From Gemmatimonadales bacterium (GTDB lineage: Bacteria; Gemmatimonadota; Gemmatimonadetes; Gemmatimonadales; JACORV01), in the NCBI GenBank assembly GCA_030697825.1, contig JAUYOW010000214.1, forward strand, positions 548 to 64,547: 64,000 nt of DNA, written 5' to 3'. The translations under genes and the position numbers were made by a program. The notes under the pieces are model-generated. The model had not been told where the DNA came from. It ran no database searches and saw only the letters and a list, made by a program, of their open reading frames with translations. Below are positions 36,101 through 46,883 of this stretch, one piece after another. How positions within the stretch are numbered: the stretch's first letter is position 1; each line of letters opens with the position of its first letter.

Positions 36101-36535
36101 TCCGGTGCCGATCACCGTCGTGCCGGCCAGCGAGCTGCGGTCCCGCAGCGCCGCGACCTCGCGGCGCAGCGCCGTCACCGCCAGCGCCTGCCGCACGGTC
36201 GCGACCGCGCGATCCAGCGAGAACGGCTTTTCCAGGAAATCGTGCGCGCCGAGCTTCAGCGCTTCCACGGCCAGGCTGACCGTGGCGTGCGCGGTCATCA
36301 CGACCCACACGCTGTCGCCGCCGTGCGCCGCCTCGCGGAGCAGATCGAGCCCTTCGCCGTCCGGCAGGCGGAGGTCGAGCAGCACGACATCCGGCGCAGC
36401 GGTGTCCAGCCCGGCGCGCGCCTCACGCAGGGTACCGGCGGCCGCCACCTCGATGCCTTCGTGCTGCAACCGCTCGGCGAGCACGCTGCGCAGCAGGGCA
36501 TCGTCTTCCACGATGAGGAGACGCTCTCCGGCCAT
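33155..36535 (-). CDS. single uninterrupted ORF: sigma54-dependent response regulator (36535 to about 35205) joined in frame to CbcL-like 11-haem + b-type membrane cytochrome, copy 1 (internal ATG 35221 to 33155)
   Basis: Receiver (VVLLDLRLPDGEG), AAA+ (GESGTGKG, GAFTDA, LFLDEIG) and HTH (AAEALGISRHQVRTRMKRYGL) run with no stop codon into LLAAALLAVAPLLRAQ (signal-peptide-like). Then come 11 CXXCH and TM helices with RLVHGVS, LVHRGAG, AVIHSEEAM, FLIHFFNVHLRPDKFPLD. ATG 36535 shares one base with the kinase stop (TGATG). Confidence 0.8.
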   Translation of the reverse strand: MAGERLLIVEDDALLRSVLAERLQHEGIEVAAAGTLREARAGLDTAAPDVVLLDLRLPDGEGLDLLREAAHGGDSVWVVMTAHATVSLAVEALKLGAHDFLEKPFSLDRAVATVRQALAVTALRREVAALRDRSSLAGTTVIGTGPAMERVFELVARLAAADATTVLIEGESGTGKGAIAQAIHRLGPRAARPFMNVTCSALPETLMESELFGHERGAFTDAHAAKRGLVEMADGGTLFLDEIGELTPGVQAKLLRFIEEKTFRRLGATRDLKVDVRIMAATNRSLAEEVDAGRFRADLFYRLRVIPITMPPLRERPEDIEPLAKHFVAQFNRELGKRVRGVEPGALAVLARYPWPGNVRELKNVIERAVLLADGETLGTRELPPELAAPQASAAVSGGTTLEEVERRLLVAALEHARGNQSRAAEALGISRHQVRTRMKRYGLLAAALLAVAPLLRAQTAAERRTSAQCEICHADREFLHRRAPAGYHADSLFVSRDELSGTVHASVPCVRCHPIPGLLPHPEEGRAVVPCGTCHTEADSLWRAGPHGGRRGREEAGCASCHGTHDVRPSRELERGAGAIALSARCVACHADRPFPPGDVHKDRVSCATCHGAHMIQPVRDPATRGVPIAISERCAGCHDSVATVAFRDVHGIAARAQVAGAAPLHADTAATCVACHGGHGMKPAHALDREVALVERCGACHRREGESYADTYHGRATRVGYYRAARCVDCHGSHEIFPSSDPRASTSAGRRVETCAACHGSAARPSFVSYRAHVRARDPSDSPPVFAAWLLMNVLLFSVFAVFGLHTVLWLARLLEIRWAERRRRKALGLPPRPKERTPMDSADRGKGPYVWRFKLFHRLVHGVSVVSFFALVITGLPLRFSCAVWAVDMMRLLGGTRVAGLVHRGAGAVTVLYFTAHVVYTTVLLLRSTNRRAMLWGPDSVVPQPQDFRDFVQMFKWFFGRAPYPRFGRYGYNEKFHYFGAFWGIVLLGGTGLIRWFPGIFTRILPGWAFNVAAVIHSEEAMLAAGFMFLIHFFNVHLRPDKFPLDGVMFTGRATAESLEADHPLTAETWGDLASRPVSPRAVPDAPAPPPPRWMTIAAATLGLLALAVGLVIVGMIMWVQLC

Positions 36536-37995
36536 CAGGCCTCCGCCATCTCCGCCGCGGCCGCCGCGGCGCGCACCGGGAATCGCAGGTGGAAGACCGT
36601 GCCCCGGCCGACCTCGCTCTCGACCCACACGCGACCGCCGTGCGACGCGACCACGCGCGCCACCAGCGCGAGACCGAGGCCGGTACCGTACGGCTTGGTG
36701 GAGAAGAAGGGCTTGAGGATGCGGTCGATGTTCTCGGGCGCGATCCCGACTCCCGTGTCAGCCACGTCCACCGCGACATCCTCGCCGCCGGAGCGGGTCG
36801 TGACGGTGAGCGTGCCCCCGCCCGGCATGGCTTCGACCGCGTTGACCAGCAGGTTGTGCATCGCCTGCTCCAGCCGCGCCGAGTCACCATCGATGACCGG
36901 GACGGCGGGGCCGTAGTCGCGCACCACGGTCACCCGCTCGGACCCCGGCACGCCGGAGAGCCGCACCAGCGCCGCGTCTATCACCTCGTGCAGCTTCGTG
37001 GGCTGCGCGTTCAGGCCCACCGGCTTGGCGAGGCTCAGGAGGTCGCGCAGCGTCTGATCGAGCTGCACCAGCTCGAGGTCCACGCGCCGTAGCAGCGCCT
37101 TCTCTCCGTCGCTCATCGCATACTCCTGCGCGATCAGCTCGATGGCGCTCTTGATGCCGGCGAGGGGACGCTTGATCTCGTGCCCGACCTCCGCCGCCAG
37201 CGCCCCGACCTCCGCGAACCCCGCCTGCTCCACGAGAGTGCGCCCGCGGGTCTGAGCGAGACGCTCGGCCTGCTGCTCCCTGGCGATCAGCGCATCCACC
37301 GATGCGCCCAGCCGGCCGAATTCGTCGCGGCGCTCCATTCCCACCCGCGCGCCCTGCTCGCCCGCCCTGGCCCGCGCCAATCCCGCGCGCAGCTGTCCCA
37401 GCGGCGCGACAATCTCGCGCTCGAGCATCGCGCCCAGCACCACGGCATAACCGAGCCCTAGCAGTACGGTGAGCACCACGCCGTAGGTGCGTCCCCGACG
37501 GATCGTGTCTCCTATTTTCTTCTCGTTGAGCAGGAACTCCAGCGTGGCGCGCCCTCCCGGGCCTCCGACGCCCGAAAGCGCAACCACGGCGCTGACGATG
37601 GGCGCGCCGGCACCGCTCACTACCAGCCCTTCGGGCGGAATGTCCCGCGGGTCCGGCAGCGCGGCGCCGATCCTCTTGGCGCCTTCCTCGGCAGGACTGC
37701 TGGAGAGGAGAACACGGCCGTCGAACGCGACGATCCGGTAGCCCTCGGCGGGGGGACGGTTGGTGAGCGAATCGAGCCGCTCGCGCACCAGTCCCACCTG
37801 TCCGTGAGCCAGAGCGCCCTCGATCGAGGGCCGAATGGCGCGGGCGGCCATCAGCGCGTGGTCCGCGGTGAGGGTGAACTGCTCACGCTCCCAGTAGCGG
37901 AACGACAGCAGCGTCGCCGTGCCCAGCACCACGAGCAGGGCGCCCAGCCCGGTCACGAGGACCTTGGCGCGGACCGACAGGTCTTGCAGCCTCAT
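36535..37995 (-). CDS. membrane sensor histidine kinase (TM - periplasmic domain - TM - HAMP-like - HisKA - HATPase)
   Basis: Start ATG 37995 (MRLQDLSVRAKVLVTGLGALLVVLG). Second TM YGVVLTVLLGLGYAVVLGAML. H-box AAEVGHEIKRPL. N/G boxes NLLVNAVEAM, DTGVGI, GTGLGLA. Confidence 0.85.
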   Translation of the reverse strand: MRLQDLSVRAKVLVTGLGALLVVLGTATLLSFRYWEREQFTLTADHALMAARAIRPSIEGALAHGQVGLVRERLDSLTNRPPAEGYRIVAFDGRVLLSSSPAEEGAKRIGAALPDPRDIPPEGLVVSGAGAPIVSAVVALSGVGGPGGRATLEFLLNEKKIGDTIRRGRTYGVVLTVLLGLGYAVVLGAMLEREIVAPLGQLRAGLARARAGEQGARVGMERRDEFGRLGASVDALIAREQQAERLAQTRGRTLVEQAGFAEVGALAAEVGHEIKRPLAGIKSAIELIAQEYAMSDGEKALLRRVDLELVQLDQTLRDLLSLAKPVGLNAQPTKLHEVIDAALVRLSGVPGSERVTVVRDYGPAVPVIDGDSARLEQAMHNLLVNAVEAMPGGGTLTVTTRSGGEDVAVDVADTGVGIAPENIDRILKPFFSTKPYGTGLGLALVARVVASHGGRVWVESEVGRGTVFHLRFPVRAAAAAAEMAEA

Positions 37996-38012
37996 CCACT
38001 GTGCGAAAAGGC

Positions 38013-38027
38013 GCAATCCGCGTGCCG
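38013..38027 (-). promoter_or_regulatory. near-consensus sigma54 (-24/-12) promoter upstream of the kinase/regulator/cytochrome operon
   Basis: The minus strand reads CGGCACG-CGGA-TTGCG against consensus TGGCACG-N4-TTGCW. It lies in the 73-bp gap between the upstream gene stop (38069) and ATG 37995, with the -12 GC 18 nt before the ATG. Confidence 0.55.
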
Positions 38028-38068
38028 TTAAGCAAGCGGACCGCACCTCAGTGAACCGAGCCGGGGAC

Positions 38069-39277
38069 CTAGATCGCCAGAAGCCCGAGCACCGCGCCGG
38101 CAGATGCGTGCGCGGCGATGGCCGTCCCCAGGCCGCGACGCCAGAACAGATATCCGAACAGGACGGCCGGGATGGCCATGCGGGCCACCACGTAGGAGAC
38201 GGTGACGGCGACGCCCGGAAGGCCGAGGGCCGGAACCATGGGCCAGTGGACCAGCATGTCGGCAAGGGTCGCGACCACCACCGCGACACCCACGGCCCAC
38301 TCGCGCCGGGGTGGAACGAACCGCATCACCAGGACGAAGGCGACTGTGAAGAGGAAGAGCCTCAGCGCCAGCTCATCGGCGACCGCGTCGGCCACCGCGA
38401 GGACGACGGCGCGCGTCACGCCGAGCCGCGAAGCGTCGGTGGGGATGCCGAGCACTCCCTCGCTGAACGGCACCGCCAGGAGCGCCACCACGACGCCCGC
38501 CGCGCCCGCCAGTCCCGCGCGCCCGAGCAGGTCACGCCACCCGCGCGCCGGACCGAAGCGGGCGACCGGGAGCAGCGGCCGGACCTTCCGCAGCAGCGCC
38601 AGTCCGGTGGTGATGATCGGCCCGTAGAACCAGAAGGTGGCGGCGATCACGAACACGGCCGCCCCGATGCCAGTGAGCCGCACGTCGGTGAACCAGATGG
38701 TCGGACGGCGGATCGCCACGGTCACGGCCAGCGCGACGAAGGTGGCGCCGACGAGGAGCGTGCCCGGCACCCGGTCCGGCCAGCGCCGGTAAGCGAGCTT
38801 CGCGGCGTCGAGGCCCGCGCCCGCGGCGAACGCGAGGACGCCGAAGGTCAGCAGCCACGCGAGCACCGACACCGCGGTCGCGAACACCTTGTGACTGTGG
38901 AGCGCTATCGGCAGGGTGGCCACCCACCCCGCCGTGAGCCATCCGAGCAGCAGAGCAGGCACCAGATAGATCAGGCCGTGCGCCATCTGGCCGGCGGCCA
39001 CGCGCGGCGTCGTGCCATCCGGCCGCCCGAAGATGCCGAGGACCAGCCCGTGCAGCAGCCCGAGCGCCGCGCCGATCGCGTAGAGCAGCACGCTCATCAT
39101 CAGGAACGCGTGTGCGCTCAGCCGGTCGGTCGCCAGCAGGCCGACCACGGCCACGCCACCCAGCAGCAGCCCGCCAGCGAGGGACCACGCGATGAGCACC
39201 GCCGCCGGCAGCTCCACTTCGCGCTGCGGAACGTGGGTGCCCGTCGCGCCAGCCTGGAGATCCGCGTTGGTCGTCAT
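38069..39277 (-). CDS. polytopic membrane protein, possible CPBP/Abi-type intramembrane protease domain at the C-terminus
   Basis: ATG 39277 preceded by GCAGGAGGTGGTT (strong SD). At least 10 hydrophobic helices. The C-terminal DELALR...LVHW...AAHAS only loosely resembles the CPBP motifs EExxxR / FxxxH / HxxxN. Confidence 0.55.
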   Translation of the reverse strand: MTTNADLQAGATGTHVPQREVELPAAVLIAWSLAGGLLLGGVAVVGLLATDRLSAHAFLMMSVLLYAIGAALGLLHGLVLGIFGRPDGTTPRVAAGQMAHGLIYLVPALLLGWLTAGWVATLPIALHSHKVFATAVSVLAWLLTFGVLAFAAGAGLDAAKLAYRRWPDRVPGTLLVGATFVALAVTVAIRRPTIWFTDVRLTGIGAAVFVIAATFWFYGPIITTGLALLRKVRPLLPVARFGPARGWRDLLGRAGLAGAAGVVVALLAVPFSEGVLGIPTDASRLGVTRAVVLAVADAVADELALRLFLFTVAFVLVMRFVPPRREWAVGVAVVVATLADMLVHWPMVPALGLPGVAVTVSYVVARMAIPAVLFGYLFWRRGLGTAIAAHASAGAVLGLLAI

Positions 39278-39495
39278 AACCACCTCCTGCCTCGGTACAC
39301 CTTCATCTGCGCTTCCGATGGCAAGGAGAGGCATGGGCGGTGCCAGGAGACGCGGGCAGCGCGCGACAATGGCTATCGCACTTGGCGCCCGCGACTTGCG
39401 GGTAGGAGGAGGATCGAGCGGGTCGCTGTGGCGAAGGCGCGGTTGCGCCGATCGGGCCAGCAACTGTGTGAAGCGGAACAGGCGGGAGGGCAGAT

Positions 39496-40376
39496 TCAGG
39501 CCGGCGGCTTGCGTCTCCACAGGCGGTGGGTCCACAGGTACTGCTCCGGCGCCTTTCTTATCTCCTGCTCGAGCCGCGCGCGATAACGGGTAGCGATCCT
39601 CTCGATCACCTCACGCGTCTCCCCGCGCGGCTCCTCGTCCAGCACGTCCACCGAGAGCCGAAAGCGCCCGCCCGGCTCGGCGATCATCGCGCCGAAGACC
39701 ACCGGCGCACCCGAGCGCGCGGCGAAGAGCCCCGGCCCCTCCGGGGTCTTGGTCGGCCGGCCGAAGAACGGGACCCAGGTGCTGCCGTGGATGGGGCTCT
39801 GGTCCGCGACCAGGGCGACCGGCCGGGCTTCGGCCAGCGCTGCGAGCACCCCCGAGCGCGCTTCGGTCATCGGGATCGTTTCGATCCCGAGCCGGCGGCG
39901 GGTCGCTTCGGCGTAGCGCGCCGCCAGCCGGCTGGCCGGCAGTTTCACCACCGCGGCGGCCTGGCCGCGCGACCCCAGCCATGCGCCGGCCAGCTCCCAG
40001 TTGCCGAGATGCCCGGTGAGGACGATGAGGCCGCGCCCGCGCGCGAGTAGATCGCCGAGGAGCCGCCGGCCCTCGGTGTCGTCCACCAGTGGCAGGAACG
40101 CCGCGGGTCCCGTGGCGGCGAAGCGGAGGACGTCGGCCGCCATCCGACCAAAATGCGCGTACATCCGTCGGCCCAGGGCCGCGCGCCCGTCGGGCGCGAG
40201 CTCCGGGAAGGCGATGGCGAGGTTCTGGTCGGCGACGGCGCGCCTCAGCGCCAGGGGATCGCGCGCCAGCCTGCCGAGCGCCGCGCCGAGGCCGCGCGCC
40301 AGGGAACGAGGCAACACGCGCGCTGCCGCGAGGGCGGCACCGAGCGCGAGCCCGACGGCGGCGTCGCTGCGGCGGG

Positions 40377-40380
<4 letters not shown>
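39496..40380 (-). CDS. LpxL/HtrB-family lipid A (Kdo2-lipid IVA) late acyltransferase
   Basis: LTGHLGNWELAG (HxxxxE/D acyltransferase motif of the LpxL family). C-terminal PEQYLWTHRLWR, typical of the family. Confidence 0.8.
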
Positions 40381-42212
<1,832 letters not shown>

Positions 42213-42213
42213 C

Positions 42214-43785
42214 CTAGCGGCCCGTCCGCGGCGTCAGGAGCGCGATGGGCAGGACCATCTCCTCGGGCGAGGCTCCGCCGTGGAGGAAGGCGCCGCGATA
42301 CCGCGCCTGGTATTCGCGCAGCTTGGTCGGGTAGACGAAGAACCGGTCCCCGACGGCGAACAGGGCGCGCACCCCCATGCCGCGGCGCGGCAGCCCGTAG
42401 CGCTCGGGGTCGTCCACGGAGATCGCGGCGTTGGCGTCCTCCGCCCGCAGATCCTCGCCGAACTTGAAGCGGAGGTTGTTCGTGGCGTCGCGCTTGGCGA
42501 ACACCGTGGCCGGCGTGTGGCAGTGGATCGAACCGTGGTCGGTGGTGAGCACGACCCGCACGTTCCGCCGCTCGGCCTCGAGCAGGGCGGCTTTCAGAGA
42601 GGAGCGCTCGAACCAGGCGCAGGTGAGCGCGCGGAGCGCCGCCTCGTCCTTCGCGACCTCGAACAGGATGGCGCTCTCGGAGCGCGAGTGGGTGAGCTGG
42701 TCCACGAAGTTGAAGACCAGCGCTGTCACGCCGCCCTGCGACAGGTAGGCCGGCAGCTTGCGCGCCAGCTCATCGGCGTCCGAGCCGCCGAACAGCTTCT
42801 CGTACCGCACCGGCACGGGACGGCCGGTGAGCCGCTCCAGCTGCCGCGCCAGCAGCTCGGGTTCGTGCGCGTTGAGGCTCTCCTCCTCCTTCTCGGTCCA
42901 CCAGGCGGGATGCTGCGCGGCGATGTCCCGCGGCAGCAGGCCCGCGAAGAGCGCGTTACGGCTGTAGGGTGTCGCGGTCGGCAGGATGCTGTAGTAGTAG
43001 GACGTCTCGATCTCGAAGTACGGCGCGATGAGCGGCTGGATCGCCTCCCACTGGTCGAGGCGCAGGCAGTCCACGATGACGAACAGCGCCTTGCCGTGCT
43101 CCTTCAACACCGGGAGGACCATCTCCTCCACGACGTCGTGCGAGAGCGCGGGCCGGTCCGCTTCGGGGTGGCTGATCCACCCGGCGTAGTGGCGGGTGAT
43201 GAAGGCGGCGAAGTCGCGGCGCAGGCCGCTCGTCATGGCCCGCAGGGCCTCGAGCAGGCCGGGCTCGTTCGCCTCCGAGAGTCGGATGTCCCACACGGCG
43301 AGCTCGCGGACCAGGTCGATCCATTCGCGCCAGCCGAGGGCCGTGGCGCGACGCTCGTCCAGCTCGCGAAAGCGGCTCACGAACTCGCGCGAGAGGTGTT
43401 GCTGGCGGATGCGGTCGCCGTCGAGCAGCCGGGTCACGACCGAGAGGACCTGGCGCGGCTGTACCGGCTTCACGAGGTAGTCGTCGACCGCCAGGCCGAT
43501 CGCCTCGTGCATGGTGGCCGAGTCCTCCGACTTCGTCACCATGACCACCGGGATGGATGGATCGAGGGACCGGATCGCCCCGAACAGCTCCAGGCCGCGC
43601 TGCCCCGGCATCTGCTCGTCCACGAGCACCACGCCGTAGGGCTGGCGGCGGAGAAGCTCCAGCGCGTCGTCCCCGTGCGCCGCCGCCTCGACCGCGTAAC
43701 CGTGGTCGGTGAGGAAGCGACGGTGGGACTCGAGACTCTCGATCTCGTCGTCCACCCAGAGGATGCTCTTGGGCCGCGTCGCCAT
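42214..43785 (-). CDS. PorX-like response regulator: receiver domain fused to PglZ / alkaline-phosphatase-superfamily domain
   Basis: Receiver ILWVDDEIESLE...VLVDEQMPG...VVMVTK. Long C-terminal domain with ...FVIVDCLRLDQWE... and ...LTTDHGSIH..., typical of PglZ. Confidence 0.8.
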   Translation of the reverse strand: MATRPKSILWVDDEIESLESHRRFLTDHGYAVEAAAHGDDALELLRRQPYGVVLVDEQMPGQRGLELFGAIRSLDPSIPVVMVTKSEDSATMHEAIGLAVDDYLVKPVQPRQVLSVVTRLLDGDRIRQQHLSREFVSRFRELDERRATALGWREWIDLVRELAVWDIRLSEANEPGLLEALRAMTSGLRRDFAAFITRHYAGWISHPEADRPALSHDVVEEMVLPVLKEHGKALFVIVDCLRLDQWEAIQPLIAPYFEIETSYYYSILPTATPYSRNALFAGLLPRDIAAQHPAWWTEKEEESLNAHEPELLARQLERLTGRPVPVRYEKLFGGSDADELARKLPAYLSQGGVTALVFNFVDQLTHSRSESAILFEVAKDEAALRALTCAWFERSSLKAALLEAERRNVRVVLTTDHGSIHCHTPATVFAKRDATNNLRFKFGEDLRAEDANAAISVDDPERYGLPRRGMGVRALFAVGDRFFVYPTKLREYQARYRGAFLHGGASPEEMVLPIALLTPRTGR

Positions 43786-43852
43786 CCGGCCAACCTAGCC
43801 GGTTCTCCGCGCCGCCGCTACATTCCCGAGTGGGGATCCCACCACTGCCGAC

Positions 43853-44251
43853 ATGAGCCATCCCGCCCTGTCCAGCACCGACGCCGCCTTCGCGACGTTC
43901 CTCTCTGATAGCGCCCGCGGACCGGAGCGTGACGGTGTCTTCGCGCTATGGCTGGTGGTGCGCGCCGCCCTCGGCGCCGCGCCGCCCGCGGCGCCGGCGG
44001 CGCGCCAGCCCGAACGCCTGCGCGCCCTGTCGGCGAGACTGAAGAGCCTCAACGCCCCCGCCCCGCTCCGGCGGTCGCTCACCGCCGCCATCGCCGATCT
44101 CAGCGCGCCGCGCGTCGCTCCCGCCGTCGTGCTCTCGCACCTCGTCGCACCGTCGGCGGAGTGCCTGAGCCGCAAGGTCGCAGACGCCGTCTCCGCCGCG
44201 GCCAAGGCCGCCCGGCCCGTGCCGGCCGTCGCGCGCGCCGCGCCCGCCTGA
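43853..44251 (+). CDS. hypothetical Ala/Pro-rich small protein, translationally coupled to the DnaB-C-like gene
   Basis: GC3-rich ORF. The stop overlaps the downstream ATG (TGATG at 44249-44253). No recognisable motif. Confidence 0.35.
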   Translation: MSHPALSSTDAAFATFLSDSARGPERDGVFALWLVVRAALGAAPPAAPAARQPERLRALSARLKSLNAPAPLRRSLTAAIADLSAPRVAPAVVLSHLVAPSAECLSRKVADAVSAAAKAARPVPAVARAAPA

Positions 44252-45114
44252 TGCCCGACATCCCGCGGCGCACCAACCCCGCCGCCGCCGTCGTGAGCCG
44301 CGTGGACCAGCAGCTCACCGGCGCGCCGAGCAACGCCGAGACGGTCTCCAGCGGCTTTCCCAGCGTGGACCGCATTCTGGGCGGCGGCTTCAGGCGTCGC
44401 GACCTCGTCGTGCTGGGCGGGGACGTCGGCGTCGGCAAGTCGTCGTTCGCGCTCGCCATCGCGCTCCGGGTGGCGGAGCGCGGGGAGCGGGCCGTCGTCG
44501 TTTCGGGCGAGATGGACGAGGAACGGCTCTGGGAGCGCGCGCTCGGCATCGAGAGCCGGACGCGGGTGGACGACATCCGGCGCGGCAAGCTCTCCGACGA
44601 GAGGCGCGCGGCGCTGGGCGCCGCCGCGGTGCGGCTGAGGGACCGTCCGCTGATCTTCGTGCCGACCGCCGCCGACAGCTTCGACGAAGTGGCCGCGCGC
44701 ATCAACGCCGCCGGCGCGCCACTCACCATCGTGGACTACCTCCAGCTCCTGCCGCCGCGGCGCGCCGCTCGCGACCTGGCGGAGGAAACGGCCGCGGCGG
44801 TGCGCCGCCTCAAGGAAGTCGCGCTCGAAGCCGATACGGCGCTGCTGGTCGTGGCGCAGCTGCCGCGGCACAACCCCAAGCGGCGCGACCCGCGGCCCTC
44901 GCTCGACGACTTCGGGGCGCTGGGCGCGGTGAAGTACCACGCGGACGTGGTGCTGGGGCTGTACCGCGAGGAGATGTATCAGACGACCAGGGGCGTGGAA
45001 GGCGCGACGGAACTGATCGTGGCCAAGAACCGCCACGGCGCCACCGGGTTCGTGGACCTGTACTTCTACCAGGACTGGATGCGCTTCGAGGACATGGTGG
45101 ACCCCGACCGCTAG
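44251..45114 (+). CDS. DnaB-helicase C-terminal (RecA-fold ATPase) domain-only protein
   Basis: FPSVDRILGGGFRRRDLVVLGGDVGVGKSSFAL (Walker A), TIVDYLQLL (Walker B), IVAKNRHGATG. Lacks the DnaB N-terminal domain (about 287 aa in total). Confidence 0.7.
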   Translation: MPDIPRRTNPAAAVVSRVDQQLTGAPSNAETVSSGFPSVDRILGGGFRRRDLVVLGGDVGVGKSSFALAIALRVAERGERAVVVSGEMDEERLWERALGIESRTRVDDIRRGKLSDERRAALGAAAVRLRDRPLIFVPTAADSFDEVAARINAAGAPLTIVDYLQLLPPRRAARDLAEETAAAVRRLKEVALEADTALLVVAQLPRHNPKRRDPRPSLDDFGALGAVKYHADVVLGLYREEMYQTTRGVEGATELIVAKNRHGATGFVDLYFYQDWMRFEDMVDPDR

Positions 45115-45542
45115 CGCGGCCGCCCCGCCGAGGAGTCCTGCGCCTGCGCGCCGATCAGCGTGTAATGCGTCACGCCGGGGCCGGCGCTCCGGATCTGGAT
45201 CCACAACGGCGGGCCGTCACGCTCGGCATACAGTTGAACCATCTCGCCGTTCATCGCGTCCCCGACGATCCGCCAGCCGCGCTCGGCCAGCCCGCGCCGG
45301 TAGAAACCCGCCACCGAGTCGCGGGGCACGTTCACGAGGAACCTCACGCTCAGCGTCTCGTCGGTCCCCGTCGAGTCGACTAATTGCGAGCCTGCAACGA
45401 CCGGCACGTCCCGGAGCACGGCGGGCCGCGCACCGGGGGCGGGCCGTTCATCGGGGGCGGGCCGTGCACCGGGGGATTCCGCCCCGCCGCAGGCGGCAAG
45501 CGATGTGATCAGAAGAGCGGCGGCGCACGTCCTGGTGGTCAT
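45111..45542 (-). CDS. hypothetical lipoprotein
   Basis: MTTRTCAAALLITSLAAC-GG lipobox. No other motif. Confidence 0.5.
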   Translation of the reverse strand: MTTRTCAAALLITSLAACGGAESPGARPAPDERPAPGARPAVLRDVPVVAGSQLVDSTGTDETLSVRFLVNVPRDSVAGFYRRGLAERGWRIVGDAMNGEMVQLYAERDGPPLWIQIRSAGPGVTHYTLIGAQAQDSSAGRPR

Positions 45543-45642
45543 GGGCGCGAAGTATCACGGGCACGTCGTGGCGGGTCAAGCGCGCTGCGTTGCTCGGCTT
45601 GGGGGCGCGGGCTAGATTTTCCCGCATCCGCGGAGGCACGGC

Positions 45643-46382
<740 letters not shown>

Positions 46383-46386
<4 letters not shown>

Positions 46387-46883
46387 TCGTGCTCGGGGTG
46401 GACCCGGGCACCACCGCCACCGGCTACGGCGTGATCGAACGCACCGGTCCCGGCCCGCATCGCCTCATCGAATGCGGCGTCGTCCGCGCCCCGGCGCGCG
46501 CTCCCCTGGAGCAGCGCCTCGCCGCGATCTTCGAAGCCCTGACCGACCTCATCGCCCGTCACCGGCCGGACGCCATGGCCATCGAGGACGTCTTCGTGGC
46601 GAAGAACGTGCGCAGCGCCCTCGTACTCGGCCACGCGCGCGGCGTGATCCTCCTGGCGGCGGCCCGCGCCGGCGTGCCCGTCGCGACGTACCCGCCCGCC
46701 GTCATCAAGAAGGCCGTCGTGGGCGCCGGCGCCGCGACCAAGGAGCAGGTGCAACGGATGATCACGCAGCTCCTCCGGCTCAAGACCGCGCCATCGCCAT
46801 CGGACGCGGCGGATGGCGTCGCCGTCGCACTGACCCACTCCCTCCGGGCCGGCCGGCGCTTCCGCCGCGCCGTGGTCGGATGA
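46383..46883 (+). CDS. ruvC: Holliday junction resolvase RuvC
   Basis: VLGVDPGTTATGYGVIE, AIEDVF, and the C-terminal DAADGVAVALTH motif. Confidence 0.9.

Noticed and set aside
36536-36628. Upstream ATG 36628 as the start of the regulator ORF.
   Set aside because: It would add 31 Gly/Arg-rich residues overlapping the kinase 3' end. ATG 36535 gives the canonical receiver N-terminus (MAGERLLIVEDD) and a TGATG coupling junction.
33596-36916. 1106-aa ORF on the + strand, together with many other long ORFs in the track (e.g. 389-1225 -, 4942-6255 -, 15775-17154 +, 31041-33158 +, 40089-42059 +, 43795-45204 -).
   Set aside because: They lie antisense or out of frame to genes with clear family motifs, and are Arg/Ala/Pro/Gly-rich with no motifs. 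That is the expected stop-codon-poor shadow of a genome of about 70% GC.
37996-38289. Longer kinase ORF starting at 38289, and similarly 39278-39535 for the membrane protein.
   Set aside because: The extensions are Trp/Ser/Pro/Arg-rich and overlap the upstream gene. ATG 37995 precedes the first TM helix, and ATG 39277 has a strong AGGAGG SD.
42214-43785. PglZ domain as evidence for a BREX or other phage-defence island.
   Set aside because: The PglZ domain is fused to a receiver domain (PorX-type architecture). No PglX-like methyltransferase, BrxC-type ATPase, BrxL or other BREX genes are nearby, and the neighbours are lipid A genes.
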